Shown: positions 56,554-64,000 of the stretch, piece by piece | How the letters are laid out: the number at the start of each line of letters is the position of its first letter | How positions within the stretch are numbered: the stretch's first letter is position 1 | From: a phage | DNA: 64,000 nt | Strand: one strand, 5' to 3' | Sequence record: OZ346175.1 | The notes under the pieces: model-generated | What the model saw: the letters and a program-made list of their open reading frames with translations, nothing else | Database searches by the model: none | Told to the model about the DNA's origin: nothing | Made by a program: the position numbers and the translations under genes

Positions 56554-58172
56554 ACATGGAAGCATTACTTGGTGATGATTTCTTCAAAGTCTTGCCAGAG
56601 TTTTTCCGTAGGAGCGTAGACCTTGTAAACATCTACATGCCTATTGGTTCAGTTGCTATTGCAGCTTCTCGTGAAGCATTGCAGATGAATGACACGACAA
56701 AAAATGTTATCATTGAGGCTACTAAAAAGATAACTGAAGCCATTACAAAGGATGTTATCAAGAAAGTTAATAGCCAACCTACACTCATGGATGCTGCACA
56801 GGCTTATGCTGAGTTACGTTTGAACTCACGAGAGATGTTTAATGCTGTGTGTCCAAAGCTAGAGTGGGGTGGCGTTAAGCTTGATTCTCTGGAAGAAGAA
56901 TTGCTAAACATTCGTCGTGGAATTATCTACGCAGAAGACGGCTCAGTCATTTACGAACGTGACGGTAAAGGTAATATTAAGGTTGATAGGAACGGGAACA
57001 ATATCCCTAAAGTAGATTATCTTTATGACCCAGTTGCTTATGTCAAGTTTAACTCTTTAGAGAGTAAGATTCGTGCAACAGCACTATCCTACACTCAAGA
57101 GGCGAGCATGTTCAACATCTTTGGTGCAATGCGCAAAAGCCAGATTGGACAGTTTTTGTTCGTGATTAATGACCGTCGAAATAAAAATGGCACTGAGAAG
57201 ACTGTTGGGCGTAACCAAATCTTGCGTGGTGCATGTCGAGACTATGCAAGTGAGTCTAGTCTGTTTCACAGATACAATGGTATTGTCTTTGTATTCTCGA
57301 CTGAAAAAGAGTTAGATGACTTAATCAATCTGCACAAACTTGATAAAAGCTTGCTAAAGATTGTGAAAATGTCTGATAAGGAACACCATTACCAGCGTAA
57401 AGAAGCTGTAAGAGGTGTTGTAAAACTCTGGAAAGCTGTTCCAGCAGAAGGTGTAGCCTCCTACAAAGAGGTGTCAGAGGACTTAGACACAATTGAAGAA
57501 CCTCAGCTTTACATTAAGGCAATTGGTGACACAGTTGATGGCGAATGTTTTTGCTCATCTCCAGAAGATGTAGCTAAGTCAGTTGCCAATGTCATTGAAA
57601 AGACAGTCTATGTTTTCCGAAAAGCAAATTGGAAAAAGATACCAGAAGACTGGATTGAAGTAGATGAGAAGCTCTTGAGCAACAGCTTAACTAATGTTCA
57701 CTGGATTAATCATAACAGGTATATGACACGTATCTATATGAATGGTGTCCTAGACCTGACAAGCAGTTGGATTATTGCCAGAAACTTTACGTTCAATAAC
57801 AGGAAGATTTCTCGTGGCTATTGCTATTCACGGGATACAAACAAAACTATCTTCCTAGAAGGTAATGAAGAGGCTGTAGAGGCAATGTTTGGTAAAATCC
57901 AGTATGTTGCTGCACCATTTGCATACACTTACACTATTAGTGTGTTGAAAACTTTGAAAGATTGTCTTGACAACGATACAAAGCTTTACAAGAAAATTAA
58001 GAAAGCTGGTGACCGTATGGTTATTAAGGTGACAAACTACCTTTCAAAAAGAAAACAAGAAAACTTCTTGCTTTCCCATTTAGATTGGAATAAAGTGTCA
58101 CCCATCGAAGTGAGTAAGTTCTTAGGTTTTGATGTGAAGTGTGTTCCAGAAGGAACTACAGTTTACGATTAA
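56550..58172 (+). CDS. rIIA-like protein, C-terminal part (separate ORF in -1 frame)
   Basis: 540 aa ORF starting GTG 56550 / ATG 56556, immediately after stop of GHKL ORF. Confidence 0.45.
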   Translation: MNMEALLGDDFFKVLPEFFRRSVDLVNIYMPIGSVAIAASREALQMNDTTKNVIIEATKKITEAITKDVIKKVNSQPTLMDAAQAYAELRLNSREMFNAVCPKLEWGGVKLDSLEEELLNIRRGIIYAEDGSVIYERDGKGNIKVDRNGNNIPKVDYLYDPVAYVKFNSLESKIRATALSYTQEASMFNIFGAMRKSQIGQFLFVINDRRNKNGTEKTVGRNQILRGACRDYASESSLFHRYNGIVFVFSTEKELDDLINLHKLDKSLLKIVKMSDKEHHYQRKEAVRGVVKLWKAVPAEGVASYKEVSEDLDTIEEPQLYIKAIGDTVDGECFCSSPEDVAKSVANVIEKTVYVFRKANWKKIPEDWIEVDEKLLSNSLTNVHWINHNRYMTRIYMNGVLDLTSSWIIARNFTFNNRKISRGYCYSRDTNKTIFLEGNEEAVEAMFGKIQYVAAPFAYTYTISVLKTLKDCLDNDTKLYKKIKKAGDRMVIKVTNYLSKRKQENFLLSHLDWNKVSPIEVSKFLGFDVKCVPEGTTVYD

Positions 58173-58177
58173 AGTGT

Positions 58178-58207
58178 TTGACAAGGGGCTTCAAAGCCCC
58201 TTAGAAT
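58178..58207 (+). promoter_or_regulatory. sigma70-like promoter TTGACA-N18-TAGAAT with palindrome in spacer
   Basis: -35 TTGACA 58178-58183, spacer AGGGGCTTCAAAGCCCCT (inverted repeat), -10 TAGAAT 58202-58207. Confidence 0.5.
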
Positions 58208-58251
58208 ATCCTCAAAAAATGATTTATTAACTAACAAGAGAGAGTAATAAG

Positions 58252-59334
58252 ATGACTACTAAAACTAAAGCACAGATTGACGCAGAAATTTACAAACTGG
58301 TTAAAGAAGGTAAGCTGACTAAAACAGCTATTGCACAGAAATTTAATACTTCAACCCGTTCAGTCGGTCGTGCTGTAGAGCGTCATGAAGCAATATTAAA
58401 AGGGAATAAGAAGGTAACTTCTACACCAGCTACGAAGACTTTGAAGCAAGTTGCTAAGACCTTTAAAAAGAAAGCTGACAAACCAGTTGAAAAGGTTGTT
58501 AAAGATTCTGTACAGAAAGCTCCAGTAAATAAACTGCACGAAGCTATGCAGAAAGATGACAAGATTGAGTACATGATTACTGGTGACTCTGTAATTATGA
58601 CTTACGGTTCAGAATCTGAAATTGTTGAGTCTACTCATCCGAACTATCAAGAGATTGTAGTTCATGTTGTGAAAGGTGAGTTCAAGAAAGCCTTTGAACT
58701 GATGAACATTCGTAAGTCTATCGAAAACTTCACGCAGGGAGCTATCACAATCAAAGGTGATAAGCTATTCTACGGTGCTGTTGAGATGCGTTCTACTCTG
58801 GTTGACCGTATACTTCACATGATGAAAACTGGTGATAAAGGTTTTGAACGACTTGTAATGTTCTTCGAAAAACTGATGGAAAACCCATCTAAAGATTCTG
58901 TAGAACAACTTTGGGGATTCATATCTCACCTTGATGTTGAAATTGATGAAGAAGGCTACATCATTGGTTGGAAGAAAGTCTCTACTCGTGAAGGCAAGCT
59001 GGTTGACTCCCGCACCTGCAAAGTACCTAATGATTTGGGTAACATTGTAGAAATGCCACGTTGGATGGTTGATAATAACCGTAACGTGACTTGCTCTCAA
59101 GGTCTTCACGTTGGTGCTTGGGATTATGTTCGTTACTTCTCAGGTGATACAATTCTGAAGGTTCGTGTCCATCCACGAGACGTTGTATCCGTACCAACTG
59201 ATTACAACGATATGAAGATGCGTTCGTCTCGTTATGAAGTTGCAGCAATCGTTGATAATCAACGTAAAGTGCTGAAAGAATGGGATGGCAAGACTGAAGC
59301 TTTGCATGACGTAAACGTGAAATCTAATAAGTAA
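58252..59334 (+). CDS. hypothetical protein, possibly rIIB-like
   Basis: 360 aa with HTH-like N-terminus; position after rIIA-like ORFs; assignment from synteny only. Confidence 0.35.
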   Translation: MTTKTKAQIDAEIYKLVKEGKLTKTAIAQKFNTSTRSVGRAVERHEAILKGNKKVTSTPATKTLKQVAKTFKKKADKPVEKVVKDSVQKAPVNKLHEAMQKDDKIEYMITGDSVIMTYGSESEIVESTHPNYQEIVVHVVKGEFKKAFELMNIRKSIENFTQGAITIKGDKLFYGAVEMRSTLVDRILHMMKTGDKGFERLVMFFEKLMENPSKDSVEQLWGFISHLDVEIDEEGYIIGWKKVSTREGKLVDSRTCKVPNDLGNIVEMPRWMVDNNRNVTCSQGLHVGAWDYVRYFSGDTILKVRVHPRDVVSVPTDYNDMKMRSSRYEVAAIVDNQRKVLKEWDGKTEALHDVNVKSNK

Positions 59335-59343
59335 TTTCTTAAA

Positions 59344-59366
59344 AGGCTGCTTCGGCGGCCTTTTTT
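59344..59366 (+). terminator. rho-independent terminator
   Basis: GGCTGC-TTCG-GCGGCC hairpin plus TTTTTT. Confidence 0.7.
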
Positions 59367-59368
59367 AT

Positions 59369-59396
59369 TTGTATTTTGTGCAGAGTGCTGTATAAT
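59369..59396 (+). promoter_or_regulatory. sigma70-like promoter TTGTAT-N16-TATAAT
   Basis: Perfect -10 TATAAT 59391-59396, -35-like TTGTAT 59369-59374. Confidence 0.45.
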
Positions 59397-59427
59397 TGTT
59401 GTCACGATAAACTAAACAGGAGAACCA

Positions 59428-59976
59428 ATGAAGAAATTGATTCTAGGTTTGTGCTTAATGTTTACAGCACACTTATCTTATGCAGTTGACTGCCCAGAGC
59501 TATCAATTAGCCAAAAAGTAAACATGTTAAAAGCTTACCAGTATGGTGAGAATAACATGGGTAAAGGTTGGGGTATCACTCTAGCTGCTATAGCCTTACA
59601 AGAGTCAGAGTTAGGTCTGAAGGTAGAGAATAAAAAGACACATGATTATGGTATCTTCCAGAATCACTTGAAGACTGTTGTAAAGCGTAACAAAATCAGT
59701 CCTAATGTGGCTAAAAAGAAACTCTTAAAAGACTTTGACTATGCTGCTAAGGAAACTCACAAAGAGCTTGAGTTTTGGACAAAGGTGCATGGTCAGCCAA
59801 AGTCAAAGAAGACTTTACAAAAAGTCTTAGCATCATATAATGCTGGGTATTCGTACAGAATCCCTAAAGCTAAGAAATATTCTCAAGATGTTTATAACAA
59901 TATGAAAGTAATTGCTCAATGTGAATTTGCAACAAACATTTCTAAGGTAAACCATGAAAAAATTAAGAAAGTCTGA
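59428..59976 (+). CDS. lytic transglycosylase (SLT domain) with signal peptide; candidate endolysin
   Basis: Signal peptide MKKLILGLCLMFTAHLSYA; SLT-like catalytic region AAIALQESELG. Confidence 0.55.
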   Translation: MKKLILGLCLMFTAHLSYAVDCPELSISQKVNMLKAYQYGENNMGKGWGITLAAIALQESELGLKVENKKTHDYGIFQNHLKTVVKRNKISPNVAKKKLLKDFDYAAKETHKELEFWTKVHGQPKSKKTLQKVLASYNAGYSYRIPKAKKYSQDVYNNMKVIAQCEFATNISKVNHEKIKKV

Positions 59977-60649
59977 TGAAGTATTGTGCCATGCTTATGA
60001 CTTACATCCTCATGAGTTAGTTCTTGATTCCTGTGTATGGACTCCAGAACAGTGCAGGGATTTTGAAGACACCGCAAGAGAAGTTGTATGTTCACTTGAA
60101 GAGTTCCACACATCAGAGCCAATTGTGAATGTTGTAGATAAAGAGACTGGACAAACTATAGGTGTAAGTCGTGATAGCTTAGTCATAGTCAATAAAGACC
60201 TTGTAGAAAAAGGTAACCTCATCTTAGCAGATATTGATGGTGTTCTTACAAATTTTAATCACGAAGATTGCTCAACGGAATTGACTGATGGGTCATTCTC
60301 ACAGTACACTAATCTTCTTGACTCTGTAAGAGCAAAACCAACGTATGTCTTTAGTATTATTGATGCAATTACTAATCATGCTGCCATTGGACTCTTGACA
60401 GCGAGAGGTGAATCTCAGAGAATACCTACTGAGATGTTTTTAAGGCACAATATAGAGCATGATTACTTGCTTTTTATGCGTGGTTTTGGAACTAACTCTA
60501 TAAGTGCAGAAAGTTTGAAAGTGAGGATGATTCAATCTTGCATTCTTCCTTACTTTAATATAGTATGTTTTATAGAAGATACAGAGAAGAATGTTCAGAA
60601 GGTAAACAGAATACTTCCACACATCAAAACCATGTTAGTTAAACATTGA
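59954..60649 (+). CDS. HAD-superfamily hydrolase, 5'(3')-deoxyribonucleotidase-like (putative)
   Basis: HAD motif I ILADIDGVLTNF. Confidence 0.45.
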   Translation: MKKLRKSDEVLCHAYDLHPHELVLDSCVWTPEQCRDFEDTAREVVCSLEEFHTSEPIVNVVDKETGQTIGVSRDSLVIVNKDLVEKGNLILADIDGVLTNFNHEDCSTELTDGSFSQYTNLLDSVRAKPTYVFSIIDAITNHAAIGLLTARGESQRIPTEMFLRHNIEHDYLLFMRGFGTNSISAESLKVRMIQSCILPYFNIVCFIEDTEKNVQKVNRILPHIKTMLVKH

Positions 60650-60659
60650 GAGAAAACTT

Positions 60660-61124
60660 ATGAACAATATCATTACGGTAGCACTGGATGTTACGGCAAA
60701 CAAATCTGAAGTAGTTCGTAACATTATCAAGAGCAACTTTGAGGGTAAAATTTTCCGTGCTGTCAACGTAAAAGCAGACGGTAACATCCGAGAGTATCGT
60801 GCTCTTTTGAATGTTAAGAAACACGTAAAAGGTTCTGGCTCAACCACAGCACACAAAGAAAACCTGATGACTATCTATGATATGGGGATGGCTTCAGAAT
60901 TAGGTGCTGAAGGTATCGTTAAAGAAGGTGCTCCGTATCGCTCTTTCAATCTGGAAACTGCTCTTATGCTTTCCTTTACAAGTGGTTCTAAAACAACTAC
61001 TTATCTCTTTACTGATGCTGCAACGGTATCTGCTATCAAGGATAGCACTGTCAAAGCTGGGGTAGCTGCTGCTGCAAAAGCTTCTTCGATGGCTGCAAAT
61101 GTCCTTGCTAAAGTCCTCGGTTAA
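60660..61124 (+). CDS. hypothetical protein
   Basis: 154 aa ORF, Ala-rich C-terminus. Confidence 0.5.
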   Translation: MNNIITVALDVTANKSEVVRNIIKSNFEGKIFRAVNVKADGNIREYRALLNVKKHVKGSGSTTAHKENLMTIYDMGMASELGAEGIVKEGAPYRSFNLETALMLSFTSGSKTTTYLFTDAATVSAIKDSTVKAGVAAAAKASSMAANVLAKVLG

Positions 61125-61135
61125 GGTTAAGATAC

Positions 61136-61157
61136 AGGCTCCTTCGGGAGCCTTTTT
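61136..61157 (+). terminator. rho-independent terminator
   Basis: AGGCTCC-TTCG-GGAGCCT perfect hairpin plus TTTTT. Confidence 0.75.
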
Positions 61158-61176
61158 CATTTCAGGAGATTGTTAA

Positions 61177-61524
61177 ATGACATTTAAAGAGTTCTGTCAA
61201 GCTACTTTCATAATTGTTTTCTTAGTTGGGGCAGGTGTCTGGGGAGGATACTCTTACAGAGACTATCAAGTTGCTGAAGCTGAGCTAAATAATGAGAAAC
61301 TAATAAGTGTTGCCAAAGATGCTTATCAGGAAGGTTTAGCCACACTGAGCACCAATTACAAAAATGATTTGAAAGATGTGCTTGCTAAGAATAAGCATAC
61401 AAAAGAGGTACTAACGTATGAAAAGACTAAGCCAGAGTTTTATAATGTTTGTGTTACTGATAATTATGTCAGGGTGTTCAACGAACAAAGTGAGCAGTAC
61501 ATTCAAAAACTCCCAAGTAAGTGA
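61177..61524 (+). CDS. i-spanin-like protein (N-terminal TM plus periplasmic helical domain)
   Basis: TM segment FIIVFLVGAGVWGGY followed by charged helical region; overlapping lipoprotein ORF at 3' end. Confidence 0.45.
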   Translation: MTFKEFCQATFIIVFLVGAGVWGGYSYRDYQVAEAELNNEKLISVAKDAYQEGLATLSTNYKNDLKDVLAKNKHTKEVLTYEKTKPEFYNVCVTDNYVRVFNEQSEQYIQKLPSK

Positions 61525-61687
61525 GAGTGATAAGTACACTCAAGAAGAATCACGGTATAGCATCAAAGGCAACACAGGTAGTGATGTAGCAGCAGCACTT
61601 GAGTTCTACCGTGACGGATTTTACCAGTGTACAATCAAAGCTAATAACCTTATTGACATGATTTTATTAGGGAATAAGCAGCAATGA
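61418..61687 (+). CDS. o-spanin-like lipoprotein, overlapping i-spanin in alternate frame
   Basis: Signal peptide with lipobox-like IIMSGC; starts inside upstream ORF in different frame. Confidence 0.45.
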   Translation: MKRLSQSFIMFVLLIIMSGCSTNKVSSTFKNSQVSESDKYTQEESRYSIKGNTGSDVAAALEFYRDGFYQCTIKANNLIDMILLGNKQQ

Positions 61688-61953
61688 CAGAGAACGAAGA
61701 TACTTTCTATGTAGAAGGGTACTTACTGCTACCACGACCAAAAGAAACTTATATGCGGGTTGATTTCTCACCAACCATTATGGATAACGTGATGTGTCAT
61801 ATCTTTATGCAAGGTGTCACAGCACAACTTAAGCATGTTGGTAAAGAGTGCAAAATAAAGGTTGACACTCATCCAGAAATCAAAGAGAATCACTACACAT
61901 GGTTCTTACCAGACTCTAAAGAAATCTTAGCAGTTCTTAAAACGAGGAAGTAG
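61684..61953 (+). CDS. hypothetical protein
   Basis: 89 aa ORF. Confidence 0.45.
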   Translation: MTENEDTFYVEGYLLLPRPKETYMRVDFSPTIMDNVMCHIFMQGVTAQLKHVGKECKIKVDTHPEIKENHYTWFLPDSKEILAVLKTRK

Positions 61954-61955
61954 CT

Positions 61956-62210
61956 ATGCAGATTAATGGAAGAGACTTTGTAGCCGTTTACTATGATAAC
62001 GATAAAGAAGTTGGTGTAGCACAGGTAACCTATGGCAATGGTAAGTGGCTATATGGAACAATCGCAGTAGTAGGAACAAGAAGTGATACAAAAACTTTTA
62101 AAGATTGTGTTGACCTTCTTGAAGAATCCATCCACAATCATTGGTGTCTGATATGGATGACTGACAATGAAGTGATGGAACGTTTCAAAAAAAAATTGAT
62201 ATCAACATAG
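61956..62210 (+). CDS. hypothetical protein
   Basis: 84 aa ORF. Confidence 0.45.
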   Translation: MQINGRDFVAVYYDNDKEVGVAQVTYGNGKWLYGTIAVVGTRSDTKTFKDCVDLLEESIHNHWCLIWMTDNEVMERFKKKLIST

Positions 62211-62258
62211 ACAGCATTGAGCATGTTGACTTGTATGAACTGACTGAGAAGGTAAATT

Positions 62259-62486
62259 ATGAAAGTAATTCTAGCCAGAGATAAAAAGACACGGAAAATT
62301 ATCCGGTCAGCAGTATTTATTGGAAGAAATGAAGTGATTCCTTTTACAGCAAATGATGCGATAGTCTACAGGAAAAAATTAGCATTCAGTTATTGCTTAC
62401 GTGGCTTTATCTCCCAGCCATTGGAAGACTTTAAAAGTCGTTGTGGTAAAGGTATCATCATTCAAGAGGCAATTATCAATGGCTGA
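62259..62486 (+). CDS. hypothetical protein
   Basis: 75 aa ORF. Confidence 0.4.
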   Translation: MKVILARDKKTRKIIRSAVFIGRNEVIPFTANDAIVYRKKLAFSYCLRGFISQPLEDFKSRCGKGIIIQEAIING

Positions 62487-62679
62487 CTTCTGCAAAGACT
62501 GTTCTATCGAAATGTTTGGACGTGATACAGGTGACTTAAAAGGTCTTATCACTGAAGACGACTTTAAAGCTGGTTATGCAATGCCAGTAATCTGTGAAGG
62601 TTGTGGGTGTATCTGGGTAGACCACGAAGGGCAACGTGTAAAACCTTCAGAGGATAAAGAATCTTGGGAGAGATGTTAA
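62479..62679 (+). CDS. small cysteine-rich (zinc-binding?) protein
   Basis: Start set at ATG 62479 with SD; CKDC...CEGCGC cysteine clusters. Confidence 0.4.
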   Translation: MADFCKDCSIEMFGRDTGDLKGLITEDDFKAGYAMPVICEGCGCIWVDHEGQRVKPSEDKESWERC

Positions 62680-63465
62680 ATGGGTATTGTAAAAATCATC
62701 AATGGGGATATCTTCTCAGCATTTGATAAAGGTAAGTTTGATATTATTGGTCACGGTTGTAACTGTATGAACTTAATGGGTGCAGGTATCGCTGATAAGA
62801 TTTCTAAACTTTACCCAAAAGCATATGAGACCGATACAGAAGTTTATCTGTATGCAGGTGGTATAAGTCACAAACCCTGTGAAAATTTGCTAGGCAATTT
62901 CTCTGTAGCACGTTTAAAACAAGGCCGTATAGCCAATCTTTACACTCAGCTTAAGACTGGTAAAGATGCCCGATACAGTGATTTAGAGTCATCTTTGAAG
63001 CAACTTAACAGATACTGTGAAGTTAATCAGTTGAAGAAAGTTGGCTTACCTATGATTGGTGCAGGTATCGGCGGACTAGACCCTCAAGCCGTCACAGTTA
63101 TCATTAATCAGGTGATGAAGAGTGTAGATGTTTATCTGTATGTCTACGAAGGAGAGATGTACCACAAGTTACGCTCAGGTTGGAAGAATTACTGTGAACC
63201 AGAATACTTTGCAGGTGTAGTAGTGTTCATAGACGACACAGTTACCCTCTTCAGACGAAGAAAAGGTAAGGTACATCAAAGTAACCCTCCGGTTGAAAAG
63301 ATGTCTCTAAGTAACGCTCTAGTTACCCACCTGTCGAAGAGCAATCACAGGATTGCAGTAACATTTGGCAGTGATGCAGATACATATATCTATGCAAGAA
63401 CTGATGAGGATATCGAGTTAATCTTCTCTTCACCAGAGCTTACCTTCTTAGACGCAAAGAACTAA
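62680..63465 (+). CDS. macro-domain protein (ADP-ribose binding/processing) with C-terminal extension
   Basis: N-terminal GDIFSAFDKGKFDIIGHGCNCMNLMGAGIA and LPMIGAGIGGLDP resemble macro-domain binding loops. Confidence 0.55.
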   Translation: MGIVKIINGDIFSAFDKGKFDIIGHGCNCMNLMGAGIADKISKLYPKAYETDTEVYLYAGGISHKPCENLLGNFSVARLKQGRIANLYTQLKTGKDARYSDLESSLKQLNRYCEVNQLKKVGLPMIGAGIGGLDPQAVTVIINQVMKSVDVYLYVYEGEMYHKLRSGWKNYCEPEYFAGVVVFIDDTVTLFRRRKGKVHQSNPPVEKMSLSNALVTHLSKSNHRIAVTFGSDADTYIYARTDEDIELIFSSPELTFLDAKN

Positions 63466-63495
63466 GAAACTTCGTAGTAAATTCACAATAGACTA

Positions 63496-63539
63496 AGCCT
63501 TTCTTATCTGGTAAATTTTTCAGGTAAGGAGGGCTTTTT
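63496..63539 (+). terminator. terminator-like hairpin with G.U pairs
   Basis: AAGCCTTTCTTATCTG / CAGGTAAGGAGGGCTT arms followed by TTTTT. Confidence 0.4.
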
Positions 63540-63735
63540 CATTTCAGATTTGTGCAGGTAGAGTTCTGTAGAGAAATCTATAGAGAAAATTTTGAACTCC
63601 AAAGAGAAAATTCATTCTCAAACTGTGCAGGTAATCTCCAAAGAGCTTTTTCATTTTCAAAACGTGCAGACCCCGCTCAGGTCGGGCAAGAAAAATCATT
63701 TTAGAATTGTGCAGGTAGGTGGGTGCAGGTGGGGA
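63537..63735 (+). repeat. array of four direct repeats sharing TGTGCAGGTA core
   Basis: Exact TGTGCAGGTA at 63551, 63624, 63708; degenerate copies at 63663 and 63723; flanking TTCATTYTCARA conserved; spacing 73-84 bp. Confidence 0.6.
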
Positions 63736-63893
63736 TGTCGCCATTTCTCACAAGGCTACCACATCTGGAAATAAAAGTCAACAGAAAAATTTGTAGCGGA
63801 TTGAAAAATAATTCTTGATTGTAGTTCTGTTTTGTGGTAGTCGTGCGCGCCCGTTTCATTCCATTTTTGCCAAAAATATTTTAAAAATTTTTA

Positions 63894-63922
63894 TTGACTC
63901 TTTGAACGGGTTTTTATAGTAT
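63894..63922 (+). promoter_or_regulatory. sigma70-like promoter with AT-rich UP-like element
   Basis: -35 TTGACT 63894-63899, -10 TATAGT/TAGTAT ~63915-63922, upstream A/T tract; precedes SD AGGAGAA and ATG 63976. Confidence 0.45.
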
Positions 63923-63975
63923 TTGCATCAGACGGGGCGACAAGCTCACTACCTTAAACTAGGAGAATCTAAAAA

Positions 63976-64000
63976 ATGCTTTACAGTCGTGAATTGATGG
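63976..64000 (+). CDS. 5' end of ORF truncated by window edge
   Basis: ATG 63976 preceded by AGGAGAA SD; reads MLYSRELM to window end. Confidence 0.4.

Noticed and set aside
63537-63735. Possible CRISPR array suggested by the repeated TGTGCAGGTA-containing units
   Set aside because: Repeats are short and degenerate, spacing is irregular (40-84 bp), and there are no uniform repeats, spacers or cas genes; better explained as iterons or binding sites.

Overview
This window reads as ~64 kb of a virulent tailed dsDNA phage genome with no integrase, att site, CRISPR array or tRNA that I could see. Gene content and order (Mu/P2-like contractile tail module; T7-like replication genes; aerobic plus anaerobic ribonucleotide reductases; thyA/DHFR; NAMPT plus PRPP-synthetase-like pair; rIIA-like gene) resemble Felix O1-like myoviruses, but that placement is inference from memory, not a search. 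Layout: 1-23464 (+) is the morphogenesis module (terminase, portal, prohead protease, capsid, tail, baseplate, two tail fibers); 23503-33481 (-) is a leftward early/DNA-metabolism block (thyA, DHFR, ligase, small proteins, HNH endonuclease, family A DNA polymerase); 33739-63465 (+) is a rightward replication/nucleotide-metabolism/lysis block. The findings I rate highest are: (1) the DNA polymerase gene is interrupted at motif B by a ~268-nt ORF-less group I intron with recognisable P/Q/R/S core elements and a U.G P1 pairing; (2) an adjacent PRPP-synthetase-family and NAMPT-family gene pair matching the NARP1 NAD+ reconstitution anti-defence architecture; (3) a macro-domain protein; (4) a direct-repeat array and a structured CA-rich non-coding island. 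All functional calls rest on motifs read by eye and on synteny; no database search or folding was run.
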